The notes under the pieces are model-generated. The model made no database searches, had not been told where the DNA came from, and worked only from the letters and a program-made list of their open reading frames with translations. Source: Deferribacterales bacterium (GTDB lineage: Bacteria; Chrysiogenota; Deferribacteres; Deferribacterales; Geovibrionaceae). Taken from it: DNA of 64,000 nt. Where the stretch lies: NCBI GenBank assembly GCA_050251875.1, contig JBFWMA010000006.1:32001-96000 (forward strand), in the 5' to 3' direction. The translations under genes and the position numbers were made by a program. Shown here one piece after another: positions 38,100 to 48,073 of the stretch; position 1 is the stretch's first letter, and every line of letters begins with the position of its first letter.

Positions 38100-39146
38100 T
38101 CATAAGTTTTTTTCATGCCTCGCTCTGAGCTGACCGCACGCGCCGTCAATATCGCTTCCGAGGCTTTTTCTGATAAAAACACCTATCCTGTTATTTATCA
38201 GATATTGCTGGAATTTTAAAGCATCTTTTTCCTCCGGCGCCTGATACTTTTCATCAGCCCCCGAATTATACAGTATAAGATTAACTTTGACTTTATCCAG
38301 CCCTTTCAGAAGTTTCACCAGATTGTCCGCGTCTTTCATGGAGTCGTTGATGCCTTTCAGCAGAACATATTCTATCGTAATGGATTTTCTCTTTTGCAGG
38401 GGGAGGTTTTTCAGCACCTTCATCAGATCGCTCAGGGGATATTTCGCCGAGATGGGCATGATGCTCTTTCTCTGTTCCTGAGTGGAGGCGTTTATGGATA
38501 CCGCCAGATTGACGGGTGTTTTTATTTTGAACAATTTCTCTATATTCTCCGCCACGCCGCAGGTGGACAGAGTTATCTTTTTATGCGAAAAACCGTAACC
38601 GTTGTCGTCCAGCAGAACGGTGATCGCTTCCATAACATTGTCTATGTTGTCCAGAGGCTCGCCCATTCCCATAAAGACGATGTTGTTCAGTCTGTCGTCC
38701 GTCTCCGCCAGTATGTCGTTGAGCCTTTTCACCTGTTTCAGGATCTCGCCCACGGTGAGGTTTCTCTTCAGCCCCATTATGGCGGTGGAACAGAAAGCGC
38801 ACCCCATCCGGCAGCCCACCTGAGATGATATGCAGGCGGTCATGCGTGTGCCGTCCGACAGGATTACAGACTCGATATGCTCTCCGTCCTCCAGACGGAA
38901 AAGTACCTTCACAGAGCCGTCTTGAGCGGATTTCTGCACCTTCACCGGCTCCATCACGGTGAACTTCGCCTTTTCGGTCAGTTTCTCCCTGATGGCGTTG
39001 GACAGGTTAGTCATTCCTGCTATGTCTTCGCATCCTGAGTGGTGTATCCATTTGTAGATCTGCTCGCCTCTGAACTTTTCCATGCCTTCGGACACGGCAA
39101 ATGCTTTCAGACCTTCGAGACAGTGTGAATCGATATAGAAGGGCAT
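38100..39146 (-). CDS. rlmN: Dual-specificity RNA methyltransferase RlmN
   Basis: CISSQVGCRMGCAFC, MGMGEPL, IEYVLL, DIDGACGQL. Confidence 0.95.
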   Translation of the reverse strand: MPFYIDSHCLEGLKAFAVSEGMEKFRGEQIYKWIHHSGCEDIAGMTNLSNAIREKLTEKAKFTVMEPVKVQKSAQDGSVKVLFRLEDGEHIESVILSDGTRMTACISSQVGCRMGCAFCSTAIMGLKRNLTVGEILKQVKRLNDILAETDDRLNNIVFMGMGEPLDNIDNVMEAITVLLDDNGYGFSHKKITLSTCGVAENIEKLFKIKTPVNLAVSINASTQEQRKSIMPISAKYPLSDLMKVLKNLPLQKRKSITIEYVLLKGINDSMKDADNLVKLLKGLDKVKVNLILYNSGADEKYQAPEEKDALKFQQYLINNRIGVFIRKSLGSDIDGACGQLRARHEKNL

Positions 39147-39149
39147 ATT

Positions 39150-39494
39150 TTATATCAGATAGCGCATAGCTTCTTCGTTTGTTTCGTGTATGTTGAAGAG
39201 CCTGTTCAGATTGGTGCTTTTAAATACTTTCATAATCTCTTCGTTAACCGCTGTCAGATAGAGCGGTTTGTTGATATCTCTCATATTTTTCAGAATCTGG
39301 ATCAGCTCTCTGAGACCTGAGCTGTTCAGATATGTCACACGGGAGAAATTAATGACAATACCGTCAACAGTGACAGAATGCGCTATGACGTGTGATTTTA
39401 TCTCATCGCCGTTGTATGAGTCGATTTCGTGCATGGGATAAAGAATTTCTACCTTTTTCTCGCCGTAATTAACTCTTTCACTGTTAAAAGCCAT
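39150..39494 (-). CDS. STAS-domain anti-sigma factor antagonist
   Basis: EID, VTYLNSSGL, VFKSTNL. Confidence 0.85.
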   Translation of the reverse strand: MAFNSERVNYGEKKVEILYPMHEIDSYNGDEIKSHVIAHSVTVDGIVINFSRVTYLNSSGLRELIQILKNMRDINKPLYLTAVNEEIMKVFKSTNLNRLFNIHETNEEAMRYLI

Positions 39495-39505
39495 AAGAAA
39501 TTCTC

Positions 39506-40171
39506 CTAACCTAATAGTTTTCTAAGCTCAAGCTGACGTTTGAAAACATATTTAACTATCTTGTCCCTGTCTGAGGAAGAGAGATCCTCGAACCGGACAC
39601 CCGTCTCATACATACCGTCTCGCTTGGTGCTGCGCATAACCAGAGCCCGCACGGAATCGAGTTTTTCTATACAGCCCTGAAGATATATCTCTATAGTATC
39701 ATTCTTTTCTATTTTTATCTCAGAAAAAAGTCTCATGCCGCCGCCGGAGATATCGACAATTTTAGCATCGATAATTTTGACGGAAGCCGTCTCGCCTGTT
39801 TTCACCGTTGCCATTACCTTCACGGCTATTCTGGTGTCCACACGGAAGAAAGCCCTGAGCTCCTGACGGAATATAGCGTCCGGATACTGAACAACCAGCA
39901 TAGGCAGAGGGTCTTTCACCCTGTCCAGAACCACAGACTTAAAGCTGAAGCGTCCCTTATCCAGAACATAAGACAGATGCACCCTGGTATTGGGTCTCAG
40001 GGGAATCCCCTGTCCCTTGTCCGTTGGCATGGAGAGAAATATCTTCTTATCCTTTGCCTTGATGTCCTCTATTCGGGAATCGAAAATCCCCGGATAGTCC
40101 CCCACCTTTACCTCTATAAGCAGTTTCTGGTTAACACTGAGAAACTGGTCGAATTTCTCCAATTTTTCCAA
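39506..40171 (-). CDS. PilZ-domain c-di-GMP-binding flagellar brake-like protein
   Basis: YcgR-like N-domain, RAFFR (RxxxR) and DISGGG (DxSxxG) motifs. Confidence 0.85.
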   Translation of the reverse strand: MEKLEKFDQFLSVNQKLLIEVKVGDYPGIFDSRIEDIKAKDKKIFLSMPTDKGQGIPLRPNTRVHLSYVLDKGRFSFKSVVLDRVKDPLPMLVVQYPDAIFRQELRAFFRVDTRIAVKVMATVKTGETASVKIIDAKIVDISGGGMRLFSEIKIEKNDTIEIYLQGCIEKLDSVRALVMRSTKRDGMYETGVRFEDLSSSDRDKIVKYVFKRQLELRKLLG

Positions 40172-40241
40172 AATCTTCCCCGATCATATTTAATCTGCCG
40201 TCCGGGTTTTCATCAATAAAGTAATATAGTTGTCTCTATAT

Positions 40242-40268
40242 AAATCGACAGATTAAATCGTTACGTTA
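40242..40268 (-). promoter_or_regulatory. Possible sigma-28 promoter of the PilZ gene
   Basis: Minus strand TAAC-N15-GTCGATTT compared with consensus TAAA-N15-GCCGATAA. Confidence 0.35.
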
Positions 40269-40274
40269 ATTTGA

Positions 40275-40850
40275 CTATTTTATATTTCTGCTGCCGGGCT
40301 TCACAGCGGGCAGTCCTTTTTTGCAGAGAGGACAGTCAGCCGGGTCATATGTCTGAACATCGAGCTGTGCCAGAGGATAGAAAGGCTGATCGAACTGAGC
40401 TCTGCCGCCGCTTCTGTCTATCAGACATGTGATGGCGACAATCTCTCCGCCGGCTTTAATCACGGCGTCCATGCACTCTTTTGTTGATTTTCCTGTTGTT
40501 ACGATATCCTCAGCGATGATGACTTTCTCCCCTTTGTTCAGAGAAAAGCCTCTGCGGAATGTCATGGTCTCGTCCACTCTCTCTGTGAAGAGAGTGCGTT
40601 TTTTCAGCTGTCTCGCCAGCTCGTACCCGAAGCGGATACCGCCGATGGCGGGGCTGACAACAGTGGTGAAATCCAGATCGATCAGCTGGCGTGCCAGCTC
40701 CTCTACTATGTCTACCACCACGGCGGGATACTGCATTATCAGCTCAGACTGAAGAAACCTGTCGGAATGAAGTCCTGAGGACAAAAGAAAATGTCCTTCC
40801 AGTAGAGCGTTGTGCTGTTTGTAGATTTCAAGTACCTGTTCTGCTTTCAC
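40275..40850 (-). CDS. pyrE: Orotate phosphoribosyltransferase
   Basis: GHFLLSSGLHS, PRPP motif EDIVTTGKS, KPGSR. Confidence 0.93.
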   Translation of the reverse strand: MKAEQVLEIYKQHNALLEGHFLLSSGLHSDRFLQSELIMQYPAVVVDIVEELARQLIDLDFTTVVSPAIGGIRFGYELARQLKKRTLFTERVDETMTFRRGFSLNKGEKVIIAEDIVTTGKSTKECMDAVIKAGGEIVAITCLIDRSGGRAQFDQPFYPLAQLDVQTYDPADCPLCKKGLPAVKPGSRNIK

Positions 40851-41554
40851 TTCATTTCCTCCAGAATTTTTAAGGCGGCCTGATGAGGGTCTTTCGCCTG
40901 TGTCACGGGTCTGCCTATCACTATATAGTCTGTTCCCATATTTTTAGCGTCTTTCGGTGTAACCACCCTCTTCTGATCGTCCACAGAAGCCTCTGCGGGA
41001 CGGATGCCGGGGGTGATTGTCAGAAATGAAGCTCCCAGAGCCTCTTTGATAAAGGGAGTTTCGGCGGCGGAGGAGACCACTCCGTCCAGCCCGCTCTCTT
41101 TCGCCAGAGATGCGAGGTGCAGAACATAGTCCCTGCTGGTTTTGAATCCCAGCTTCATATAGTTAAGATAAGCGTCATCAAGGCTTGTCAGCAGTGTGAC
41201 ACCTATCAGGAGAGGTTTTTTGATATTTTTCTGGGCGCAGTGACCTGTCACTTTGTCCATAACGGCGCGCATCATCTCTGAGCCGCCCTGTGTGTGCATG
41301 TTCACCATGTCTGTCTCATATTGCAGAGAAGCCAGAACCGCTGAAATAACGGTGTTGGGTATATCGTGAAATTTCAGATCGAGAAATATTTTTTTATTCT
41401 GTTTTTTCAGATATTCGATGATATTTTTGCCGTCAGCCACGAAAAGCTCCAGCCCGACCTTATACCATGACACGGCATCGCCTGTCATTTCTACGATTTT
41501 CTTTGCGGAATCAGCATTGTCAAAATCAAGCGCAACAATAATTTCAGGTTTCAT
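40847..41554 (-). CDS. pyrF: Orotidine 5'-phosphate decarboxylase
   Basis: IVALD, KVG, FLDLKFHDIPNTV, TPGIR, VIGR. Confidence 0.95.
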   Translation of the reverse strand: MKPEIIVALDFDNADSAKKIVEMTGDAVSWYKVGLELFVADGKNIIEYLKKQNKKIFLDLKFHDIPNTVISAVLASLQYETDMVNMHTQGGSEMMRAVMDKVTGHCAQKNIKKPLLIGVTLLTSLDDAYLNYMKLGFKTSRDYVLHLASLAKESGLDGVVSSAAETPFIKEALGASFLTITPGIRPAEASVDDQKRVVTPKDAKNMGTDYIVIGRPVTQAKDPHQAALKILEEMK

Positions 41555-41662
41555 AATAATACCTCGACAAAGACTGTAGCAGATTTTTGTTTTTTTTCAA
41601 GCATCTGTTGACGAAAGAGCGATTATATGCGGTAATATGAATTAATTCGGAAACTATTACGG

Positions 41663-42649
41663 ATGCTTATTTTGAGAAGCGGATACACCACCGGATCCAC
41701 AGCATGCGCCGCCGCATGCGCCTCTTGCGTTTATATTCTGAAAAATATTCTGCCGCAGCAGGTGAATATCACTCTGCCCGGCGGACAGACAGCCACAATC
41801 CCCATACACATGGACGACAGCGGAATCTACGCCGTGAAAGACGGCGGAGACGATATAGACGCCACCCACGGCATGAAAATCTATGCCGATGTCACTCTGA
41901 ATGACTCAGGCGAAATAACGGTAACAGGCGGAAAAGGCATAGGCACCGTCACCAGAAAAGGGCTCCAGATTCCAGTGGGGCATTCCGCCATCAACCCCGT
42001 ACCTCTGAAGATGATAAAAGAGAACCTCAGAACCATTCTGAACGGCAGAGGAGCGGACGTGATAATCTCAGCCCCCGAGGGCGAAGAGATAGCCCGGCAG
42101 ACATTCAACGAAAAGGTGGGCATCACAGGCGGCATATCCATCATAGGCACCACAGGCATAGTAACACCCATGAGCGTGGAAGCCATCATAGAAACCATCA
42201 AATGCGAAATAGACGTGGCGTCTGCCGAAGGACACAAAAAAATATGCCTGACACCGGGAAAGATAGGTGAAAATAATTTCACATCGGAGTATAAAGATAT
42301 ACCTGTGATAATGATGAGTAATTTCACAGGAGAGGCATTTGAGTATGCCCGTGAGAAAGGCTTTTCCGAAATTTTCGCCGCCGGACACCCGTCCAAGCTG
42401 TGCAAAATTCTCATGGGATACTACAACACACACTCAAAAAACTCGCCCCAGTCCGCAGGTTTCATAGCCGAAAGACTCGGGCTGGCGGGTTCATTCAATA
42501 CCGTGGAGGAGATACTGGAACAGGAGAACACCGACCTGTCTTTTCTGGCTCTTGAGCTGGCGGAAAGACTTGAAAAAGATTTCGGTTTCGCTCATGTTTC
42601 TGTTATCTTCTATGACATGAAAGGGAGAAAGAAAGGTGAAAGATTCTGA
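41663..42649 (+). CDS. cbiD: Cobalt-precorrin-5B C1-methyltransferase
   Basis: LRSGYTTG, KDGGDD.D.THG, AINPVP, T.N..GI.GGISIIGTTGIV.PMS. Confidence 0.92.
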   Translation: MLILRSGYTTGSTACAAACASCVYILKNILPQQVNITLPGGQTATIPIHMDDSGIYAVKDGGDDIDATHGMKIYADVTLNDSGEITVTGGKGIGTVTRKGLQIPVGHSAINPVPLKMIKENLRTILNGRGADVIISAPEGEEIARQTFNEKVGITGGISIIGTTGIVTPMSVEAIIETIKCEIDVASAEGHKKICLTPGKIGENNFTSEYKDIPVIMMSNFTGEAFEYAREKGFSEIFAAGHPSKLCKILMGYYNTHSKNSPQSAGFIAERLGLAGSFNTVEEILEQENTDLSFLALELAERLEKDFGFAHVSVIFYDMKGRKKGERF

Positions 42650-43226
42650 AATTACAGTCATATCCACAGGTCCCGGCGCAGAGGATATGATTACTGTCAG
42701 AGCGCTGAACGCTATCAAAGAACAGGACATCATTGTCGGAACAGATTTGGCGGTTAAAACATTCGCCAAAGGGCTCAACTGCTACATCCCGGAAAAGATG
42801 CTGACCGACACCATCGATTTCATCAACACCTGCGTCTATAAAAAAGTGGGAGTGCTGGTTTCCGGAGACGCCGGATTCTTCAGCCTCGCCAAGACTATCT
42901 CTGAAAAATACGACAACGTATCCATCATCCCGGGCGTCAGCTCCATCAGCGCCGGATTCTCACTGCTGAAAAAACAGTGGGGCGGTTTCGAGTTTCACTC
43001 CGCCCACGGAAGAGAGCTGTTCGACCACGAGATAACCAGACCCGCCGTCATCCTCTGCGATGCGGAGAACACCCCCGACAAGGTTCTGGAAAAACACTCA
43101 TATATGAGATCACGATTCAAAATAACAATCTTAAAAGACGTTTCGCTCCAGAACGAGCACGTCTTTCACTCACCCCAAAAAGGATACAACAGCAGCAGAC
43201 TGCTCCTGATTCTGGAAGATAAATAA
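42636..43226 (+). CDS. cbiE: Cobalt-precorrin-7 C5-methyltransferase
   Basis: TGPG, VLVSGD, IPGVSS, SAHGR; position in the cbi cluster. Confidence 0.8.
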   Translation: MKDSEITVISTGPGAEDMITVRALNAIKEQDIIVGTDLAVKTFAKGLNCYIPEKMLTDTIDFINTCVYKKVGVLVSGDAGFFSLAKTISEKYDNVSIIPGVSSISAGFSLLKKQWGGFEFHSAHGRELFDHEITRPAVILCDAENTPDKVLEKHSYMRSRFKITILKDVSLQNEHVFHSPQKGYNSSRLLLILEDK

Positions 43227-43228
43227 GA

Positions 43229-43972
43229 ATGAAGGTATATTTCATTGGCGCGGGTCCCGGCGATCCGGAGATGATAACAGTGAAGGGAGCGAGACTCATA
43301 GGCGAATGTCCGGTGGTGATATACGCCGGAAGCCTCGTGAGCCCCGAAATGCTGAAATACTGCGCTGAAAACGCCGAGATACACGATTCCGCCTCCATGA
43401 ATCTGGATGAGCAGATCGCCGTGATGAAAAAAGCGTCTGACGAAGGAAAATCAGTAGCCAGAGTTCACACGGGCGACCCGTCACTTTACGGAGCCACAGG
43501 CGAACAGATGCGGGAGCTGGACAGACTCGGCATAGAATACGAAACCATCGCCGGAGTCACCAGCATGGCGGCTTCAGCGGCGGCTGTCAACCGTGAGCTA
43601 ACCATGCCGGAGATATCCCAGACAGTTACGATAACCCGCACCCCCGGCAGAACGCCAATGCCTGAAGACATCAGAAACATAGCGAAAGTGGGCGGCACCA
43701 TCGCCTTCTTCCTGTCCGCCGGACAGGGAAAATACATCTCCGAAAACCTGATAAGCGAAGGCTGGAGCCCGAACACTCCCGTGATTCTGGTCTACCGAGC
43801 CACATGGTCTGATCAGAAAACGGCGGAATGCACCCTGAGCACCCTCGAAAAAACGCTGAAAGACAACGGCATGACAAAACACACCATGATACTGGCGGGG
43901 CAATCGCTGAAAGGTTCTCCGGAAGCAGACTCCAAACTGTATGATAAGAGTTTTTCCCATGAATACAGGTAA
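43229..43972 (+). CDS. cbiF: Cobalt-precorrin-4 C11-methyltransferase
   Basis: FIGAGPGDP, IYAGSLV, HTGDPSLYGA..EQ, ELT.PE.SQT, LYD..FSH.YR. Confidence 0.93.
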   Translation: MKVYFIGAGPGDPEMITVKGARLIGECPVVIYAGSLVSPEMLKYCAENAEIHDSASMNLDEQIAVMKKASDEGKSVARVHTGDPSLYGATGEQMRELDRLGIEYETIAGVTSMAASAAAVNRELTMPEISQTVTITRTPGRTPMPEDIRNIAKVGGTIAFFLSAGQGKYISENLISEGWSPNTPVILVYRATWSDQKTAECTLSTLEKTLKDNGMTKHTMILAGQSLKGSPEADSKLYDKSFSHEYR

Positions 43973-44744
43973 GCTCGCCGTCATAGCTGTCACAGAGAAA
44001 GGCGCCGTACAGGCGGCATACATAGCGGAACACTCCGGAGCGGATCTCTATCTGTCTGAAAAGATACCGTCAGAGAGCGGAACAAAATTCGCCTCGCTGA
44101 AAGACTGCTTTTCTGAGCTGTTTCAGAACTACACAGGAATCATAGCCGTGATGGCGCAGGGGATAGTCACCAGAATGTGCGCCCCGCTCCTGAACAGCAA
44201 ATACACAGACCCGGCAATAGTCGTGTGCGATGAGGTGGGCAGATACGCCATATCGGCAGTGTCCGGTCACGAGGGCGGAGCTAATAAGCTGGCTCACTAT
44301 GCAGCGTCCATAACGGGAGCCGTGCCGGTGATAACCACCGCCACCGAAGCCAACAAACGCTACACAGCGGGCATAGGCTGCCGCAAAGACACCACGAAGG
44401 ATCAGATAATAAGCGCCCTTACAGACGCATGTAAAAAGGTCGGAATCGACATAAAAGATATCCGGCTGGTCGCCTCCGCATGGGTAAAGAGCGAAGAACA
44501 GGGTATGATAGACGCCTGTGAAGAGCTGGGGATATATCTGCGGTTTCTGCCGAAACATCTTTACGACCACAGTCACTATGAGGCGGAACAGTCTGCCGCA
44601 GCAAAACATATAGGCATAAAGGCGGTGGCAGAGCCCAGCGCCATGATCGCCGGATTCAACACCAGACTGATACTGAAAAAGACCGTATACGAGAACGTCA
44701 CCGTGGCGATAGCCGAAGAGATGACGATGTTTACAGGAGAATAA
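43959..44744 (+). CDS. cbiG: Cobalt-precorrin-5A hydrolase
   Basis: GIVTR, K..DPA, SGHEGGAN, PVITTAT, GIGCR, VAEPSA. Confidence 0.9.
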   Translation: MNTGKLAVIAVTEKGAVQAAYIAEHSGADLYLSEKIPSESGTKFASLKDCFSELFQNYTGIIAVMAQGIVTRMCAPLLNSKYTDPAIVVCDEVGRYAISAVSGHEGGANKLAHYAASITGAVPVITTATEANKRYTAGIGCRKDTTKDQIISALTDACKKVGIDIKDIRLVASAWVKSEEQGMIDACEELGIYLRFLPKHLYDHSHYEAEQSAAAKHIGIKAVAEPSAMIAGFNTRLILKKTVYENVTVAIAEEMTMFTGE

Positions 44745-45469
44745 AAATCGGAAAGATATTTCTGACCGGCACAGGACCCGGCAAACACGAAATGATGACC
44801 GCTCAGGCGAAATGGGCTATAGAAAACTGCACCGCCGTGTGCGGATACGATAAATATGTAGACCAGATAAAAGAGCTGATCCCCTCCTCCGCTAAAGTTT
44901 TCACCAGCGGGATGAAGGGCGAGGTAGAGAGAGCGGAAGCGTCCGTCAGATACGCCAAAGAGGGACACACCGTGTGTCTGGTGTGCGGAGGCGACCCGTC
45001 TCTGTATTCTCTGGCGTCTCTGGTTATGCAGATAGATGACGGCTCAGCGGATATAGAGGTCATCCCCGGCGTGACAGCCGCCATGGCGGCTTCTGCGAGA
45101 CTGGGAGCGCCCATTGCGGACGATCTCGCCATAATCTCCATGTCCGATCTGCTGACCCCGTGGGAAGTGATAAAAAAACGCATAGACGCCGTGAACCTCG
45201 GCGATTTCGTTGCGGCGATATACAACCCCAAGAGCATGAAACGCACAGACCAGATAGTCTACGCCCTGGACACGTTTTACAAATCCCGAGGCGACCTGAT
45301 AATAGGCACAGTGAAAAACGCCTTTCGTGACAGCGAGCAGGTGAAAATATCGAAAATATCCGACTTCGACTATGATTTCGTGGATATGACGAGCATAATC
45401 ATGGCGGGATGCACCAAAACCATCCTGAAAAACGGAAAAATGATAACTCCCAGAGGATATCCCGTCTGA
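44741..45469 (+). CDS. cbiH: Cobalt-precorrin-3B C17-methyltransferase (start uncertain, probably non-ATG)
   Basis: In-frame IKIGKIFLTGTGPG lies upstream of the first ATG (44792); GYDKY, GGDPSLY, PGVTA, SMSDLLTPW, YNP.S, TPRGY. Confidence 0.88.
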   Translation: MKIGKIFLTGTGPGKHEMMTAQAKWAIENCTAVCGYDKYVDQIKELIPSSAKVFTSGMKGEVERAEASVRYAKEGHTVCLVCGGDPSLYSLASLVMQIDDGSADIEVIPGVTAAMAASARLGAPIADDLAIISMSDLLTPWEVIKKRIDAVNLGDFVAAIYNPKSMKRTDQIVYALDTFYKSRGDLIIGTVKNAFRDSEQVKISKISDFDYDFVDMTSIIMAGCTKTILKNGKMITPRGYPV

Positions 45470-46152
45470 TGAGAACGCTGATTCTCGGAGGCACCTCCGA
45501 CACCCACAGATATATCGAATCCATAGACAGCGACTATGTGGTGACGGTAGCCACGAAATACGGCTACGACCTCTTCGGCAGACGCTATCCGGAAAAGATT
45601 TTCCACGTCCGTTTCGATGAGCAGTCTCTGAAAGATTTTATCACCTCTTTCGGCATCACCGAAGTGACCGACACAACCCATCCCTTCGCCAAAGAGATAA
45701 CGGCGCTGGCGAAAAAAGTCTGCTCCGATATGGATATTCCATACACAGACGCCATGCGCAGAACCGACATAGAGACCGATTATGAGAACGTTCACTATGT
45801 GGACAGCCACGAAGAGGCTGTGGAATATATCAAAAGCCGTGAGTTCAAATCAGTTCTGATAACCACAGGCGCCAACAACATAGACAAATATTCCGACATA
45901 GCTGGAATCAGCCGCGCCCGTATCCTCCCCTATGAAAAATCCATAGAAAAATGTCTTCTGGCGGGATTTGAGTATAAGAACATAATAGCCATGCAGGGTC
46001 CTTTCTCTAAGGAATTCAACACAGCCCTCATGCGTGAGATAAACGCCGATGTCATGGTGTCGAAGATGTCAGGGGATTCCGGCGGGATCACCGAAAAGAT
46101 TGAGGCGTGCAGAGATACAAATGCCGCCTGCATCATCGTCACAGGCGGATAA
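45469..46152 (+). CDS. cbiJ: Cobalt-precorrin-6A reductase
   Basis: LILGGT, D.THPFA, TTG, IAMQGPFS, SK.SG..GG..EK; TGATG overlap. Confidence 0.88.
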   Translation: MRTLILGGTSDTHRYIESIDSDYVVTVATKYGYDLFGRRYPEKIFHVRFDEQSLKDFITSFGITEVTDTTHPFAKEITALAKKVCSDMDIPYTDAMRRTDIETDYENVHYVDSHEEAVEYIKSREFKSVLITTGANNIDKYSDIAGISRARILPYEKSIEKCLLAGFEYKNIIAMQGPFSKEFNTALMREINADVMVSKMSGDSGGITEKIEACRDTNAACIIVTGG

Positions 46153-46155
46153 TAT

Positions 46156-46770
46156 TTATTTTACGGCTTTCTGAAAAAGCAGTTTGTACTTGTTGTCGGT
46201 TTTCAGCGGGACGCACATCTTTTCTATAATATCAGACAAAAGCATTTCGGCCGTTTCGGCATCCTTCTTTCCGTCTTTTTTAGATGTTTTCGACAGTTCG
46301 GCAGACCACAGAACCTCTCCCGTCTCTATCTTCAGGAGTTTTGCCACGAGCTGAGCCTCGGAATATATGATATCCCCGCCACGCTCTGTCTGTCTGTATT
46401 TTATCAGTTTTCCGGTCAGGATGCTGTCCGCTCCGATGGAGCGCAGTTTCTGCTTGGTTTTGTCGTCCAGAATGCCTATGCCGGATGATTTCTGCTGAAA
46501 TCCTACTTCGTTGATTATCTTGTCTATATCGTTTCTGTCTATGATGTTGAAAAGCTCTCCGTCCACCAGCTCGGCGGTAAATTTATCGGCGATGATGGAT
46601 GTCTCATAGCGGATGTCCACATTCTTTCCGAACCCGATCACGGCAACGCTGTTCACGGCGTCCTTGCTGAACTTAGATGAAAGATTCGCTTTGTTCACTC
46701 CCACGGAGCTGTTCGACATACATCCGGTCAAAAAGAAAAGAAAAACGGATAAAACAAGAAAATGACGCAT
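46156..46770 (-). CDS. Lipoprotein, CsgG/LpoB-like fold
   Basis: Lipobox LTGC; VAV..F, FNIIDR..IDKII.E, GADSILTG, KIETGEVLWS. Confidence 0.7.
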   Translation of the reverse strand: MRHFLVLSVFLFFLTGCMSNSSVGVNKANLSSKFSKDAVNSVAVIGFGKNVDIRYETSIIADKFTAELVDGELFNIIDRNDIDKIINEVGFQQKSSGIGILDDKTKQKLRSIGADSILTGKLIKYRQTERGGDIIYSEAQLVAKLLKIETGEVLWSAELSKTSKKDGKKDAETAEMLLSDIIEKMCVPLKTDNKYKLLFQKAVK

Positions 46771-46834
46771 ATAATCCTCCAGGCACACTCAATATTACGG
46801 CACAAGAGGGTCAGGGTCAACAATTTTAGAAATT

Positions 46835-47188
46835 TTACTGAATATCGGAGATGTCTTTGGTGAGTTTCAGAAGTTTTCTGCGGAGCATATTCTTTTTGCG
46901 CACGATATTGCCGTCATCGGTGGTGACGACATCGAGAATCTTCAGCCTTTCACATATCTCTTTTATCTTGTCCGCCGTGATCTTGCTGACGGGCGCGGTC
47001 TCACTGTCTGATTTCAGATGCACAACGGTGATATCGTGGTCGTTTGCTGTTCTGACTGTGTCTCTGTCCAGAGAGAAGAAAAACTCACTCATCTTATAGA
47101 ACGAGCTGAGCCTGTTCAAGAGGGTGATCTTGTCTTCAATCAGCAGACCGTGTTTGTTAGGAGGATATTCCACTTCATTGCGCTCCAA
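46835..47188 (-). CDS. Hypothetical protein (start uncertain)
   Basis: Fills the gap behind rnfB on the same strand; no motif recognised. Confidence 0.5.
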   Translation of the reverse strand: MERNEVEYPPNKHGLLIEDKITLLNRLSSFYKMSEFFFSLDRDTVRTANDHDITVVHLKSDSETAPVSKITADKIKEICERLKILDVVTTDDGNIVRKKNMLRRKLLKLTKDISDIQ

Positions 47189-47267
47189 AAACGTACGTTC
47201 AGACGGTGTCTTCCGCAGTGCGGAAACACCTTCAATATAAATCGTCTTTTTTGCGCCGAATTTTAGC

Positions 47268-48065
47268 TTAAATTTTTGTTTTTTTCAGATCACGGATAGC
47301 GTGTGTGGGACAAACCTCCACGCATATACCGCAGACTGTGCAAACAGAGGGGTCTATCACTGCCAAGAAACTGTCCACATCTATGGCACCGACAGGGCAT
47401 TTTTTCTCACACATTTTACAACCGATGCAGCCGACTTTACAAGCCTTTTTCACATCAGGTCCTTTATCTTTCGACCGGCATATCACCACGATGGGCTTAT
47501 CCTCGGGCAGAAGAGTTATCAGATCTCTGGGGCACGCCTTCACACAGGCGCCGCACGCAGTGCATTTTTCCGGGGTTATCACGGGTATCTTGTCCTTGCC
47601 CATGCGCATAGCGCCGAAGGCACAGGATTTCACACAGCTGCCCTCGCCCACACAGGCATAGGTGCATACTTTGTTTCCGCCGCCCAGCATCACCACGCTG
47701 TGGCAGTCACGGGGACCGTAATAGTTGTATTTTTCTATTCCGTTTTCGCATCCGCCGTTGCATCTCACTCTGGCTACCCTGCGAACGGACGAGCTGACAG
47801 AAAGCCCCAGATAGGACGCTATACCCTTCGTCTCTTCCTTGCTGCACACGGGGCAAGCGTTCACGGGCGCTTTGCCCTTGACTATCGCCTCCGCCAGAGC
47901 CATACACCCAGGGTATCCGCATCCTCCGCAGTTGGCTCCGGGGAGCATGCCGTTCACCTCGGCTATACGCTCGTCCTTCTCCACATGGAATTTTTTCGAT
48001 GCGTACATCAGCCCCAGCCCGGCTATGAAACCTGTTACAGAGAGTGTCATTACTGCGTATATCAT
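47268..48065 (-). CDS. rnfB: Rnf complex subunit B
   Basis: N-terminal TM, LPGANCGGCGYPGC, multiple CxxCxxCxxxCP ferredoxin motifs. Confidence 0.93.
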   Translation of the reverse strand: MIYAVMTLSVTGFIAGLGLMYASKKFHVEKDERIAEVNGMLPGANCGGCGYPGCMALAEAIVKGKAPVNACPVCSKEETKGIASYLGLSVSSSVRRVARVRCNGGCENGIEKYNYYGPRDCHSVVMLGGGNKVCTYACVGEGSCVKSCAFGAMRMGKDKIPVITPEKCTACGACVKACPRDLITLLPEDKPIVVICRSKDKGPDVKKACKVGCIGCKMCEKKCPVGAIDVDSFLAVIDPSVCTVCGICVEVCPTHAIRDLKKTKI

Positions 48066-48073
48066 CGTGACAC

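Noticed and set aside
41555..41662. Cobalamin riboswitch upstream of cbiD
   Set aside because: The gap is about 108 bp, AT-rich, shared with divergent pyrF, and lacks riboswitch motifs.
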